Assembly: GCA_003649205.1 (NCBI GenBank)
Contig: QMRC01000005.1
Location: forward strand, 1 to 64,000
Length of the DNA: 64,000 bases
Direction of reading: 5' to 3'
Origin: Thermoprotei archaeon
GTDB lineage: Archaea; Thermoproteota; Thermoprotei; Thermoproteales; B15-G16
In this document: positions 8,327 through 18,564 of the stretch, in pieces
Layout of the letters: the number at the start of each line of letters is the position of its first letter
Numbering within the stretch: the first letter of the stretch is position 1
Program-made: the position numbers and the translations under genes
Notes under the pieces: model-generated
Told to the model about the DNA's origin: nothing
Seen by the model: only the letters and a program-made list of their open reading frames with translations
Databases searched by the model: none

Positions 8327-9327
8327 TTTCGCTGTACAGGTCTAGAGCTAGGAGATTCGCAGTAACACTTCTAACCTTAGTGATTCTACTCATATTACTC
8401 CTACTTGTATCTACTTCAGTTGGTCCGTACTACATACCACTGCGTGATGTCGTAATAGCTCTCACCTCTACGAGTAGTGACTACAGAGTTATCGTACTGG
8501 GAATTAGATTACCGAGAAGTATTGCTGCTGTGTTCCTAGGTGCGACACTAGCTATTTGTGGTCACTTACTTCAAACTCTCTTCAACAACCCTCTAGTTGA
8601 GCCGTATACCCTAGGTATTGCTTCAGCTGCTGCGTTAGGTACTGTAGTCGCTATTTCGGGTAATCTCTGGTTTCTCGGTTCTCAAGCACCTCAAGTACTA
8701 GCATTCACCTTTGCTTTTGCAACTTCACTTCTCCTCCTTACCCTCTATAGGGTTCTGAATCTGTCAATCACGCAGCTACTACTACTCGGGATATCGCTTA
8801 GTCTCCTCTACAGTGCTATCTCAACAGCTATTCAGCTGTACTTCGTTAGAGATGTTCACGCTGTGTTCTTCATGATCATGGGTAGAGTCTCGCACTGTAG
8901 GTGGTCTCACATAGTTACTCTCTCTATTGCTGCTGCTTTGTGTCTGGTCACTGGTACTGTGCTCGCTAAGCCGTTAAATGCCTTGTTGTTAGGTGAGGAG
9001 CACTGTCTTGCAACGGGCTACGATGTTCGTGTACTGACATTGGCTATCTTGTTCTTGACTTCCCTCTCAACTTCACTAGCTGTCTCTACCTGTGGTGTTG
9101 TGTCATTCATAGGTTTGGTGACACCTCACATATCTAGGGCACTTGTGACTAGTGAGCATAGGTACTCAGTACCTACATCTGCTGTTCTTGGTGCTTGTTT
9201 AACTCTGCTCTCTGATATGGTAGCTAGATCCGCTGTACCACCTTTTGAGTTACCTCTTAGTGTGGTTACAGCTATGTTTGGTGTACCCTTCTTCATGTAT
9301 ATAATGCTCAAGTTGAGGTATGGCTGA
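8323..9327 (+). CDS. FecCD/BtuC-family ABC permease
   Basis: IRLPR, QTLFNNPLVEPYTLG, FIGLVTPH. Confidence 0.92.
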   Translation: MISLYRSRARRFAVTLLTLVILLILLLLVSTSVGPYYIPLRDVVIALTSTSSDYRVIVLGIRLPRSIAAVFLGATLAICGHLLQTLFNNPLVEPYTLGIASAAALGTVVAISGNLWFLGSQAPQVLAFTFAFATSLLLLTLYRVLNLSITQLLLLGISLSLLYSAISTAIQLYFVRDVHAVFFMIMGRVSHCRWSHIVTLSIAAALCLVTGTVLAKPLNALLLGEEHCLATGYDVRVLTLAILFLTSLSTSLAVSTCGVVSFIGLVTPHISRALVTSEHRYSVPTSAVLGACLTLLSDMVARSAVPPFELPLSVVTAMFGVPFFMYIMLKLRYG

Positions 9328-10453
9328 TATGGTGCTTGAGGTAGTTGACTTGGTCTATAGCTATGGTCGTGAACCCGTCCTGAAGAAGGTACGTTTTAGT
9401 GTTGAGGATGGTTCTGTGGTCTCTATTGTTGGTCCTAATGGTTCGGGTAAGACTACTCTCCTCAAGTGTATAGCTCAGGTACTTAGACCACGTGGGGTCG
9501 TGTATGTTGATGGTAAGAACCTCACTGAGGAGAGGTATAGTGCTGTATCGAAGCTAGTGTTTAGTCTCTTTAGTACGCAGGTTAGTGAGTTGCAGAAGCT
9601 TACTGTTCTCGATGTCTTACTAATGGGTAGGTACCCTGAGAGGAGGTTTAGCCCTAAGGTTACTGAGGAGGATCTTCAGGTTGTTGAAGAGGTTGCGAAG
9701 GACTTTGACCTTGTACACCTACTCGATAGGTACATTACTGAGCTTAGTGACGGTGAGAGGCAGAGAGTTCTCCTCGCTAGAGCAATTATTCAGGATCCTA
9801 AGGTGTTGATACTTGATGAACCTGTCTCTCACCTAGATCTGAGGTACCAGCTTGAGCTACTTAGGAGGATACGTGAGTGGTGTATTCGTAGGAAGAGAAT
9901 AGTCATTATGGCTCTACACGACCTAAATCTAGCATCTGTCTTCTCTGATAGAGTTCTTGTGCTATGGAGGGGTGAAGCTGTTGCGTATGGTAGACCAAGT
10001 GATGTTTTAACGCCTGAACTGGTGTGTAAGGTGTATGGTGTTCGTGATGTCATGTACTTGAGCCTCTGGACTAGGTACGTTGTACCTACACCACTACTCA
10101 ATGTATCTCACTACGTGAAGGTACCACGACTACACGTATTCTGTGGCTATGGATCGACCCTAAGTATTCTCCCGTACCTCAGATACCTTGCACATGATGT
10201 GAGGTGTGGTCCTGTACCTGAGTACGATGTTGATGCTGTAGTTGCTAAGGCACTTGGATATCGAGTGTACGTAGAGGATAGCGAGGACTTGCTCGGTTGG
10301 CTAAGTAGCGTCTACCTAGTGGTCTATAGCCCAAAGACAAGGGCTATAGCTCTCAAGTACATTTCTTCAGTGTGCTCTCGCGATGTGATTACTGTAGAGT
10401 TTAGAGGTGATGTTGAGGAGCTCTTATCTCTCCTAAGATCTCTCGTACGTTAG
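9320..10453 (+). CDS. Iron-chelate/cobalamin ABC ATPase with C-terminal extension
   Basis: GPNGSGKT, LSDGERQR, ILDEP, LHDLNLA. Confidence 0.92.
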   Translation: MADMVLEVVDLVYSYGREPVLKKVRFSVEDGSVVSIVGPNGSGKTTLLKCIAQVLRPRGVVYVDGKNLTEERYSAVSKLVFSLFSTQVSELQKLTVLDVLLMGRYPERRFSPKVTEEDLQVVEEVAKDFDLVHLLDRYITELSDGERQRVLLARAIIQDPKVLILDEPVSHLDLRYQLELLRRIREWCIRRKRIVIMALHDLNLASVFSDRVLVLWRGEAVAYGRPSDVLTPELVCKVYGVRDVMYLSLWTRYVVPTPLLNVSHYVKVPRLHVFCGYGSTLSILPYLRYLAHDVRCGPVPEYDVDAVVAKALGYRVYVEDSEDLLGWLSSVYLVVYSPKTRAIALKYISSVCSRDVITVEFRGDVEELLSLLRSLVR

Positions 10454-11124
10454 AGTATCGATACTGCAATTCCCCTAACAACATCAGCTAGATCCTCACA
10501 CTTATCTGCTGTCATCTCTATGCTGTCTATTGCCTCCTTTAGCAATATGAACTTCACACTTACTGGAACTACCCCGTATCTCTCTAATATCTTAGTCATT
10601 AGGTCAACTCTTAGATCGTCAATTCTCTCTTCGCAATTCTCAACTTCATCAGCTAGCTCAATAGCTCTCTTAGGGTCTTCAGTTAGCATGTAAACCGTCT
10701 CCTTGGCTAAGGTAGCTGCTCTGTACGTCTCCTCTCCCATCTTAAGCAGCATCTCACCTATCTCCTTATCCAACTCCACAGGTGAAGCCATACAGAGCTT
10801 TCTAGTTGCTGACTTCGCGTAGTCGGCTATGTCGTCAGCTGTCAAGACTAATCGTATTAGGTTCTCCCTATCGATTGGATGCACTAATCCACGTGATAGA
10901 ACGTAGATTATTTCCCTCTTACTTCTGTCAGCTTGTCTCTCATAGGCGAAAACCTGTGAGAATACTTCCATTAACTTCTCCCGATCTTCGCGTACAAATG
11001 CTTCAACAGCGTAGTACATGTACTTCACGACATCAACTACGTGATCCAGGTGCCTTCTACATAGCTCAATAACTTCCTTCTCCTTTCTCCTACTGATCCA
11101 GATGAGGAGGTGCGTAACCCTCAC
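10450..11124 (-). CDS. DUF47/PhoU-like phosphate transport regulator
   Basis: ERQAD..KREI, PIDRENL, DDIAD, ADKCED; downstream of pit. Confidence 0.88.
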   Translation of the reverse strand: MRVTHLLIWISRRKEKEVIELCRRHLDHVVDVVKYMYYAVEAFVREDREKLMEVFSQVFAYERQADRSKREIIYVLSRGLVHPIDRENLIRLVLTADDIADYAKSATRKLCMASPVELDKEIGEMLLKMGEETYRAATLAKETVYMLTEDPKRAIELADEVENCEERIDDLRVDLMTKILERYGVVPVSVKFILLKEAIDSIEMTADKCEDLADVVRGIAVSIL

Positions 11125-11186
11125 AATAACACCTATGCTAGGTTCCTCGAAGAAACTACATAATTATTACCCCTTATACCTCAGAG

Positions 11187-12218
11187 TTAAGTAGTTACTA
11201 CGTGAGTTAGTAGAAGGTACATCGTAGACGAGAACAGTGCTGCACCAGGAACCGTTAAAACCCAGGCAAGTACTATGTACAGTACAGTTCTCCAATCAAT
11301 GTTCTCAACCCCCTTAGCCAAACCAACACCCATGATTGAGGATACGCTTGCGTGGGTCGTGGATATAGGCATCCCGAAGCCAAACAACATGTAGGGTACG
11401 GTTGTGAATGCGTACACTAGCACTGCATTCGAGAACTCTGCTATGAAGCCAGTAACTGGATCTAGCCTAGTTATGCGAAAACCAACGGTGTTTGTTACTC
11501 TGTAACCAAGTGTGTAGGCTCCAAGTACTATACCTAAAGCACCGAATGCAGCGAGCAGTACAGTTGAGAGGTGTGGTGGTACATCTCCTATGCTTGAGGT
11601 TATTGAGATAAAGACACCTGTGGCATTACCTACGTCATTGGCTCCGAAGGAGTATGCTGAGAAGCAGAGAGATGCTATGAGACCCCACCTAGCTACCTTC
11701 TCAATCCTCTCTACATTCTTCACCTTAGAGAGGAGCCACATGGTAATTCTGTACATGGTAACAGCAACGGTAATGCCCAAGATAGGGGTTAGGCACCAGC
11801 TCAAGATCACGGACATGACCACGTTCCAATTAACTCTCTCAATACCGTACTTAACTAGACCATAGCCCAAGACTGCTCCAACTGTTGAATGTGTTGTTGA
11901 TATCGGTAATCCTCTCCACGTACATAGTGTTATCCAGAGACCTGCTCCAAGGACAATAGCTAAGCAACCAAGCACGTCGATGTAGTTCACAACACCTCTA
12001 CCAATAGTCTTCATGACCATGTGACCTTGTAGAAGAGCGCCAAGGAATACGAACACAGCAAAGATGTGTCTTGCTGTTTTCCAATCGAGTACTCCAGCGC
12101 CTACAGTTGTATCTGTTGGATTTGCTGCGTCATTAGCACCTAGGCACCAAGCTATGTAGAAGGCACATATAAGTCCAAGTGCAAGAACTACATTGGTACT
12201 TAGCTCAATCATCGACAC
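11187..12218 (-). CDS. pit: Inorganic phosphate transporter, PiT family
   Basis: GANDAAN and GANDVGN repeats; PISTTH twice. Confidence 0.95.
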   Translation of the reverse strand: MSMIELSTNVVLALGLICAFYIAWCLGANDAANPTDTTVGAGVLDWKTARHIFAVFVFLGALLQGHMVMKTIGRGVVNYIDVLGCLAIVLGAGLWITLCTWRGLPISTTHSTVGAVLGYGLVKYGIERVNWNVVMSVILSWCLTPILGITVAVTMYRITMWLLSKVKNVERIEKVARWGLIASLCFSAYSFGANDVGNATGVFISITSSIGDVPPHLSTVLLAAFGALGIVLGAYTLGYRVTNTVGFRITRLDPVTGFIAEFSNAVLVYAFTTVPYMLFGFGMPISTTHASVSSIMGVGLAKGVENIDWRTVLYIVLAWVLTVPGAALFSSTMYLLLTHVVTT

Positions 12219-12355
12219 ACCAATAATCTATCTACATACCCCCTTAATCTATATTTCTACATCATGAGGATATATAGTTATATTTCTACGAGGGTAAGAG
12301 AACTCTTTTCCCTTTATCTAGAATACATTTAACTTCGTCTCAAGGTACATCATAC

Positions 12356-13354
12356 TTGGGTGAGTACATGAGGTTAGCTATTGCTGTTGATGTTGGTGCT
12401 ACTAATTTGAGAGTTGCTCTAGGGGATGAGGAGGGTAGGTTGCTTAAGAAGTTGGTTGAGAGGACTACGAGGGTTGGTGACGAATATGCTGTTGCTAATC
12501 AGATAGTGTCTATGATCCGTAGGTTGGTGTCTGCTAGTGAACTTGAACGTGTTGTTGCTATTGGTGTGGGGACAATAGGTCCTCTAGATATTAAGAGGGG
12601 TCGTGTTGTTAAAGCTCCTAACCTACCATTTGAGGTTATTGAGCTTGGTGCTCCACTGCATGAGCTATTGAAGAGACCTGTCTACATCTTAAATGATTGT
12701 GTTGCTGCTGTGTGGGGTGAGAAGGTCTTTGGTGCTGGTAAGAATGTGAGGAACCTAGTGTACGTGACGATTAGCACAGGTATTGGCGCTGGCGTCATAG
12801 TTGATGATGTGCTGTTGCTGGGTAAGGATGGTAATGCTCATGAGGTTGGTCACACTGTGGTTGATATTGCAGGTACTATGGTGTGTGGATGTGGTAAGCG
12901 TGGTCACTGGGAGGCTTACTGCTCAGGAGCTAACATCCCTAAGTTTGCGAGGTACCTAATGGATAACATGCCTCCCGAAGTTATTTCTCGAAGTAAGTTA
13001 TACGGTGCATATGTTAGAGGTGAGTTGTCTGCTGAATTAGTGTACTCTGCCGCTAAGGAGGGTGATGAGGTTGCTCTCAAGATAGTTGAGGAAATCGGTA
13101 GGATTAATGCCATTGGGTTCGCTAATATCGTCAGTACGTATGATCCTGAACTCATTACTGTTGGTGGTAGTGTTGTTTTGAAGAATCCTGAGCTAACTAT
13201 ACCCTACATAAGGAAGTACATACATGAGTACACTGTCAATAGAGTACCTGAAATAATCCTGACCCCTCTTGGTGAAGATGCTGTCCTCTATGGTGCTCTA
13301 GCAACTGCACTTAGACCACCAGAGACGTTACTGAGGTTGATTCAGTACACATAG
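12356..13354 (+). CDS. ROK-family sugar kinase (glucokinase)
   Basis: DVGATN, ISTGIGAG, EVGH, CGCGKRGHWEAY. Confidence 0.92.
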   Translation: MGEYMRLAIAVDVGATNLRVALGDEEGRLLKKLVERTTRVGDEYAVANQIVSMIRRLVSASELERVVAIGVGTIGPLDIKRGRVVKAPNLPFEVIELGAPLHELLKRPVYILNDCVAAVWGEKVFGAGKNVRNLVYVTISTGIGAGVIVDDVLLLGKDGNAHEVGHTVVDIAGTMVCGCGKRGHWEAYCSGANIPKFARYLMDNMPPEVISRSKLYGAYVRGELSAELVYSAAKEGDEVALKIVEEIGRINAIGFANIVSTYDPELITVGGSVVLKNPELTIPYIRKYIHEYTVNRVPEIILTPLGEDAVLYGALATALRPPETLLRLIQYT

Positions 13355-13417
13355 CTTGCTGTTAACTTGGTAGTTAGTTTAAGAGTAGGTTCAGTGTAGG
13401 TAGTAAGGGTTGGGACC

Positions 13418-13612
13418 GTGTGTGAGTCTAAGGTAATTGCGGTTAAGGAGGGTAAGGAGGAAGTTCTCGTAGATAAAGCTGTAGAGCTGAGGATTGAGGG
13501 AGATAAGGTAATTATCGTGGATATCCTCGGTAGAGTCTACGTCTTTCCTGACCTAGTACTAGCTAGGGTGGATTTCCTACAGCATAGAGTGTACCTAGTT
13601 GAGAGGAGATAG
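13418..13612 (+). CDS. CooT-like small metal-binding protein
   Basis: MCESK start; DILG; VDFLQH. Confidence 0.75.
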   Translation: MCESKVIAVKEGKEEVLVDKAVELRIEGDKVIIVDILGRVYVFPDLVLARVDFLQHRVYLVERR

Positions 13613-13614
13613 AG

Positions 13615-14271
13615 CTAGAGCTGTCTCAACTCTAGGTACGTCACGTCTAAGCCACGTAGCTCGGCAACTGCGTAGTAACCTCTCTGTAGCGGTCCTGGAT
13701 TTACTGATAGTACTTCACCTATCCTCACAGTACCCCTTCCCTCATGTATGTGGCCACAGACATGGAGTACTGGTCTAAATTCCTCAATTACTTTCCTAAT
13801 TCCTCTACTTCCAGCGTGTACTCCAGATACTGTGTAGTCGAGATTTGTTCCATATGGTGGTGCGTGAGTTAGTAAGATTACTGGTTTCCGTGCCGTATTC
13901 AGTAGCTTCCTTAACTCACTCTCTATAACGTCATCAGGGTATTCGAGAGGTGTGAGGAATGGTGTTGGACAACTACCACCAAACCCAACTACGCAGTAGT
14001 TACCTATATCCACTAATTTACCGTGTACACTTCGATACCTATCACCAGTGAGGTCTAGTATGGTAACTGTATCACAGTTACCTGGTACGTATAGTACGGG
14101 AGCGAGTTCAGTCAGCGTAGTCAGTATCTCAATTGCCTGCTCTCTAGTGCCGAAGTGCGTTATATCGCCCGCAACGAGGATTACATCTATGTGCTCATTT
14201 TGGAGTTTCTCAACTAGTTTCCTCACATTTCTTAGTCTTCCATGTATGTCTGTTATCAGCAGTAATCTCAT
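13615..14271 (-). CDS. Metallophosphoesterase
   Basis: DIHG, AGD, GNCD, THAPP, GHIHE. Confidence 0.93.
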   Translation of the reverse strand: MRLLLITDIHGRLRNVRKLVEKLQNEHIDVILVAGDITHFGTREQAIEILTTLTELAPVLYVPGNCDTVTILDLTGDRYRSVHGKLVDIGNYCVVGFGGSCPTPFLTPLEYPDDVIESELRKLLNTARKPVILLTHAPPYGTNLDYTVSGVHAGSRGIRKVIEEFRPVLHVCGHIHEGRGTVRIGEVLSVNPGPLQRGYYAVAELRGLDVTYLELRQL

Positions 14272-14332
14272 ACTTGTGTAGTGGGTGTCTATTTCCGGTA
14301 CATAAATGGGTTCTTCCTAGTTACTGCTTCAT

Positions 14333-15034
14333 CTACGTGATACTGACCTCACTAACACTCTTCTTTACCTTCCTTCCACTTCGCTTCTTCACTATGACAA
14401 ATGCTAGAGATGCAACTACTATGGATGTTACGAGTATAGCTAGTGTACCTGGATTGAGTAGTATCTTCGTCATGTTGTGGAGTGGTAGTGCTCTTGATAT
14501 TTGTCTCGGTAGTAAGCCAGTCGAGATTGGTGTTGCTAGTGCTGGGTACGGCTTTACTTCAGATACTAGGTATGCTCCTGAATCAGCGATCGGTATCGCT
14601 AATCTAACTGCTCTTATGTCGTTGATGTCGCTAGACACTATGAGGTCTAGGACTACACATACCAGTGGTGTATCTGGTTTGATATCTACACGGTAGACTA
14701 TGGGTCCAGACCAAGCATTTAGTGGTAGTAGTGATGTATCTATCTTCTCATCTCCCTGCAGTTTCTCTACGCTAAAGTACTCAGTGTATGTTAGGAGGCT
14801 TATCTTGAGTGTTACGGTTTCTTTACTGTATCTGAGTACGTATATCCAGACGTTAAATGAGGTACCTGTCTTTGCTGTCTTTGGTACGTAGATACCGAGG
14901 ACTACTGGTATTGAGTATTTCTCGAGTGTTGCATTTGTTGTTACCCATACGTAGTTTGGTGAGGGTGGTGGGGGTGGAGGTGTACTAATAGCTGTGAGGA
15001 GTATTGTAAGTATGAGTATAGGTAGTAAGTTCAT
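14333..15034 (-). CDS. Exported, membrane-anchored hypothetical protein
   Basis: Signal peptide, PPPPPP linker, C-terminal TM + basic tail. Confidence 0.7.
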   Translation of the reverse strand: MNLLPILILTILLTAISTPPPPPPSPNYVWVTTNATLEKYSIPVVLGIYVPKTAKTGTSFNVWIYVLRYSKETVTLKISLLTYTEYFSVEKLQGDEKIDTSLLPLNAWSGPIVYRVDIKPDTPLVCVVLDLIVSSDINDIRAVRLAIPIADSGAYLVSEVKPYPALATPISTGLLPRQISRALPLHNMTKILLNPGTLAILVTSIVVASLAFVIVKKRSGRKVKKSVSEVSIT

Positions 15035-15164
15035 ATCGTTATCACCTCGTGTACCTCATTATTGGTTATTTTCACTGTTGTAATAGCTGTATCAGTTAAG
15101 ATAGCTGATACTTGAGATAGCTGATATTTAGGTATGTGGTTTAGTTTACTCTTCGGTGTGATTT

Positions 15165-15821
15165 ATGGTGTTGCTTCAGGTTGCTCTTGATTTGCTCGAT
15201 CTAGAGAGAGCTATCTTCATTGGTAGGTTGTGTAGTGAAGTTGGTTTTGATATTGTTGAGGCAGGTACTCCATTGATTAAGAGGTTTGGTGTTGAGGTTC
15301 TTAGGGTTCTTCGCGAGAGGGTTAAGCCTAGGTTATTGCTTGCTGATATGAAGACTGTTGATGCCGCTGATGTTGAGGTTGGGTTGGTTAGAGAGTTTGG
15401 TGGTGATATAACGACGGTTTTAGCTGTTGCTTCTCCTGAAACTATTGAGTTGGCTATTAGGGTTGGTAGGGAGGTTGGTGTAGAGGTTATGGTTGACCTA
15501 ATGAATGTGCACGATGTTTTGGGCTATGTTGGTGATTTAATTAGGAGAGATGTTCTACCTGATTACGTGTGTTACCACGTAGGTGTTGATGTTCAGAGGA
15601 GACGTGGTGTAACTGTTGCTGATTTACTGAGGGAGGTTAAGGAGTTGAGGAGAATTTTGCCCTCAACTACGAAGGTTGCTGTTGCTGGTGGTATAAAGCC
15701 AGGTGACATACCTTCTCTCTTGAACGTTGATGTGGATGTCATAATTGTTGGAGGAGCTATTACGAGAGCTGAGAATCCACGTGAGGTTGCTGAGAAGATA
15801 GTTAAATTAGTCAGAGGTTAA
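15165..15821 (+). CDS. hxlA: 3-hexulose-6-phosphate synthase
   Basis: LQVALD, EAGTPLIK, ADMKTVD, HVGVD, VAGGI. Confidence 0.9.
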   Translation: MVLLQVALDLLDLERAIFIGRLCSEVGFDIVEAGTPLIKRFGVEVLRVLRERVKPRLLLADMKTVDAADVEVGLVREFGGDITTVLAVASPETIELAIRVGREVGVEVMVDLMNVHDVLGYVGDLIRRDVLPDYVCYHVGVDVQRRRGVTVADLLREVKELRRILPSTTKVAVAGGIKPGDIPSLLNVDVDVIIVGGAITRAENPREVAEKIVKLVRG

Positions 15822-15869
15822 GTAGCGCAAGGGTTATAGTTTTGTGTAATTAGCAAAGTAGGGGGGTTA

Positions 15870-16472
15870 ATGAGTAGTTACGTGAAAGCAGCTATTAAGG
15901 AGATAAGTAAGTTCATTGAGGCAGCAATAAACCTGATATCAGACAATGAGATTAACTCACTTGTCGAGACTCTTATCGAAGCTTATAGGAGTGGTAGAAA
16001 GGTGTTGATTGTTGGTGCTGGTAGGTCAGGTCTAGTCGGTAGGGCATTTGCCATGAGATTGATGCACCTAGGGTTCAATGTTTACGTTCTTGGGGAGACC
16101 ATAACTCCTAGACTGGATGTTGGTGACGTAGTTATAGCTATTTCAGGTTCAGGTAGGACGAGATTAGTTGTGACAGCTGCTGAGGTAGCTAGGTCTATAG
16201 GTGCGAAAATCATAGCTGTAACATCGCATCCTGATTCACCGCTAGCTAAGTTAGCTGACTTAGTAGTTAGGATCCCAGGTAGGACGAAGGTAGCTACTGA
16301 GGAAGATTACATAGTTAGGCAGCTACTTGGAATGCACGAGCCACTAACACCTCTTGGTACTCTCTTCGAGAACACAGCTCTAGCTGTCCTAGATGGTGTC
16401 ATAGTTGAGTTGATGAAGAGATTAGGAGTTAGTGAAGAAGAGTTAAAGCTTAGACACGCTAACATTGAGTAG
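15870..16472 (+). CDS. hxlB: 6-phospho-3-hexuloisomerase
   Basis: GAGRSG, FAMRLMHLG, SGSG, PLGTLFE, HANIE. Confidence 0.95.
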   Translation: MSSYVKAAIKEISKFIEAAINLISDNEINSLVETLIEAYRSGRKVLIVGAGRSGLVGRAFAMRLMHLGFNVYVLGETITPRLDVGDVVIAISGSGRTRLVVTAAEVARSIGAKIIAVTSHPDSPLAKLADLVVRIPGRTKVATEEDYIVRQLLGMHEPLTPLGTLFENTALAVLDGVIVELMKRLGVSEEELKLRHANIE

Positions 16473-16476
16473 TGGG

Positions 16477-16528
16477 ATGATACTACCTGCGCCCCGCCTG
16501 AGGAGTGATGAGTGCCCGGCAAATGTGA
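16477..16528 (+). ncRNA. Probable box C/D sRNA (first of a tandem pair)
   Basis: ATGATA 16477, CTGA 16498, GTGATGA 16505, GTGA 16525. Confidence 0.6.
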
Positions 16529-16541
16529 CCGCTGGTCACTA

Positions 16542-16598
16542 GTGATGAGTTCTGGGGCCTCGACAGATTGAGAAATGAAGAGGGGACCCGAGAACTGA
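16542..16598 (+). ncRNA. Box C/D sRNA (second of a tandem pair)
   Basis: GTGATGA 16542, CAGA 16564, ATGAAGA 16575, CTGA 16595. Confidence 0.8.
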
Positions 16599-16630
16599 CT
16601 ACAATCTCGACTCTACAGGTGGTGGAAGCA

Positions 16631-16915
16631 CTATATCCTTACCTCTATCACATCTACGCTAGAGGGTAACGATATTGGCTCTACAGACTTAGTAATTACG
16701 TAGAAACCACGGTAATTGCTAACATATATGTACACAGTACCTCTCAGAAACCTCTTCTTCCTACAGTATAGAACGAGACCCTCATCCTCATCAACTAGCT
16801 TAATGAAAGTTTCAGGTTCAACAATTATGAATCCATACACGAATTGCATAGTTGCTGCAGCTGTTCCAGCATATGCTGCACCTGCTATTGTACCTGCTAT
16901 AGCTGCACTACTCAT
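16631..16915 (-). CDS. Hypothetical protein
   Basis: 94-aa ORF, Ala/Gly-rich N-terminus, directly downstream of the DUF355 gene. Confidence 0.65.
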   Translation of the reverse strand: MSSAAIAGTIAGAAYAGTAAATMQFVYGFIIVEPETFIKLVDEDEGLVLYCRKKRFLRGTVYIYVSNYRGFYVITKSVEPISLPSSVDVIEVRI

Positions 16916-16928
16916 CTCCTGTCATCTC

Positions 16929-17444
16929 CTATTCAAGCTTGTAACCTATTTTCCTAAGGAACTCTCTCCTCTCCTTTACCTTCTCTGGAGTCTCTACACC
17001 TACTGGTTTCCACCCATCGACAACACCTAGAACTGCTCTACCTTGTTCCGTCTCAGCTACTATGACCTGTACAGGATTGGCTGTTGCGCAGTATATCGTA
17101 ACGACTTCAGGCACGTGCTTTAGCGCATTCAGTACATTTATTGGCCACGCATCCCTGAGGTAGAGTACAAACACATGGCCTGCACCTATCTTGAGAGCTA
17201 CCTCAGTAGCTAACTTCTTCAACTCCTCGTCATTACCCTCAACACGAACTAATCTATCTCCACTCGCTTCACAGAATGCTAGACCAAACTTAATTGTGGG
17301 TACCGAGGTCACAAGTGCTTCATATATGTCCTCACATGTTTTTATGAAGTGACTCTGACCTATTATCACATTTACCTTCTCAGGTACGGGAACTGTAACT
17401 ACCTCGATCTTAACGCTCATACACACTCCCTCCCCTCGTACCAA
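16929..17444 (-). CDS. Adenosine-specific kinase / DUF355 family
   Basis: [31 protein letters not shown]. Confidence 0.92.
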   Translation of the reverse strand: MVRGEGVCMSVKIEVVTVPVPEKVNVIIGQSHFIKTCEDIYEALVTSVPTIKFGLAFCEASGDRLVRVEGNDEELKKLATEVALKIGAGHVFVLYLRDAWPINVLNALKHVPEVVTIYCATANPVQVIVAETEQGRAVLGVVDGWKPVGVETPEKVKERREFLRKIGYKLE

Positions 17445-17459
17445 GTTACTGAGATTCTG

Positions 17460-18518
17460 TTAAGAGTTAACTATGTCGCCTACTCTAGGCGCTATGACTG
17501 GAGTTAACGTCAATTCATGTGGTGTATCCACTCTTGGTATAGCTTCTGGACTAGGTACTAACCTGTACACTGCAACCCTGATACCTAGGTACTCGATAAT
17601 TATCGTGTAGTTCGCCGGTACTACCTCGATACGTGCTTTCACTAACTTCTCAATAACTAGATCTGAGTACACGAATGGTTGTACGTATCCAGTCTCATTG
17701 GTGATCTCCACTGCAATTGTATTGTTCTTATAGTCAAGTACCTTAACGTGTGCATTTGGTAGTGCTTCACTACCTAGGTCACGTACCTGTATATTGAGTA
17801 CGTGTAGATGTGTTGGTACCAGTGTCGTGTTCAATACTTTAAGTGCTTGGAAGAGGTAATTACCTCTTGAAGTAGTGTAGTTGAGTAGGTACGTGATGCC
17901 ACCTCTTACCCATATTATCGTCACGTTGATTACTACCTCCCTAGGTTTTGCTAGTTCCCAGAGGTCAGCTGTTAAGTTGTAGATTAGGTAACCATCCTCA
18001 TCTGTCTTTACTAGACCTGTATCTAGGATTACTACATTCTCTACAACATCAGCTACCACTACTCGAGTTAATTCCCGTGCAAGTGGTTTTCCATTCGGTT
18101 TGAGAAATCTAGTCTTAAACCAAACTGTGAAGTTAACTCTAGGCACTACCTCAACTACATTCCCGCCTTCACTGCTCTTCCCCCTACCTAAAGTAACTAC
18201 CTTACTCTCCTCACCAGACTTAGAATGAGTATCCTCAACATTATCACCAGTATCCTCACTCTGCCGTGTAAATTCCTCAATACCCACCTCTATCCTAGTT
18301 GAATTGCTCTTCCTAACTGAAACCGATGTAGTTGTTGAGATAGCTAGTGAAGGAGGTACATTACCAACAACTTTCTCAACATTCTTACCACACACCTCCT
18401 TCCCAGTATGGGGTTCACCATACCTTACCCTAATCACAGATACGAGGGTAGCTAGAACTATAGTGAGGATTAGTAGCAATACCATAGCTACTACGATACT
18501 AATTCTTCGATACTGCAA
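17460..18518 (-). CDS. Membrane-anchored extracellular beta-sandwich protein
   Basis: N-terminal TM, low-complexity linker, TDEDG/TNETG repeats, many N-x-S/T sequons. Confidence 0.65.
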   Translation of the reverse strand: MQYRRISIVVAMVLLLILTIVLATLVSVIRVRYGEPHTGKEVCGKNVEKVVGNVPPSLAISTTTSVSVRKSNSTRIEVGIEEFTRQSEDTGDNVEDTHSKSGEESKVVTLGRGKSSEGGNVVEVVPRVNFTVWFKTRFLKPNGKPLARELTRVVVADVVENVVILDTGLVKTDEDGYLIYNLTADLWELAKPREVVINVTIIWVRGGITYLLNYTTSRGNYLFQALKVLNTTLVPTHLHVLNIQVRDLGSEALPNAHVKVLDYKNNTIAVEITNETGYVQPFVYSDLVIEKLVKARIEVVPANYTIIIEYLGIRVAVYRLVPSPEAIPRVDTPHELTLTPVIAPRVGDIVNS

Positions 18519-18564
18519 TAGCTACCCCTCCTACACAATACAATGCACTAGTTCGGTAATTAAC

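Noticed and set aside
16483-16524. 8-bp matches of these two guides to 23S positions 15-22 and 60-67
   Set aside because: Too short, and one is mismatched next to the D box; not counted as targets
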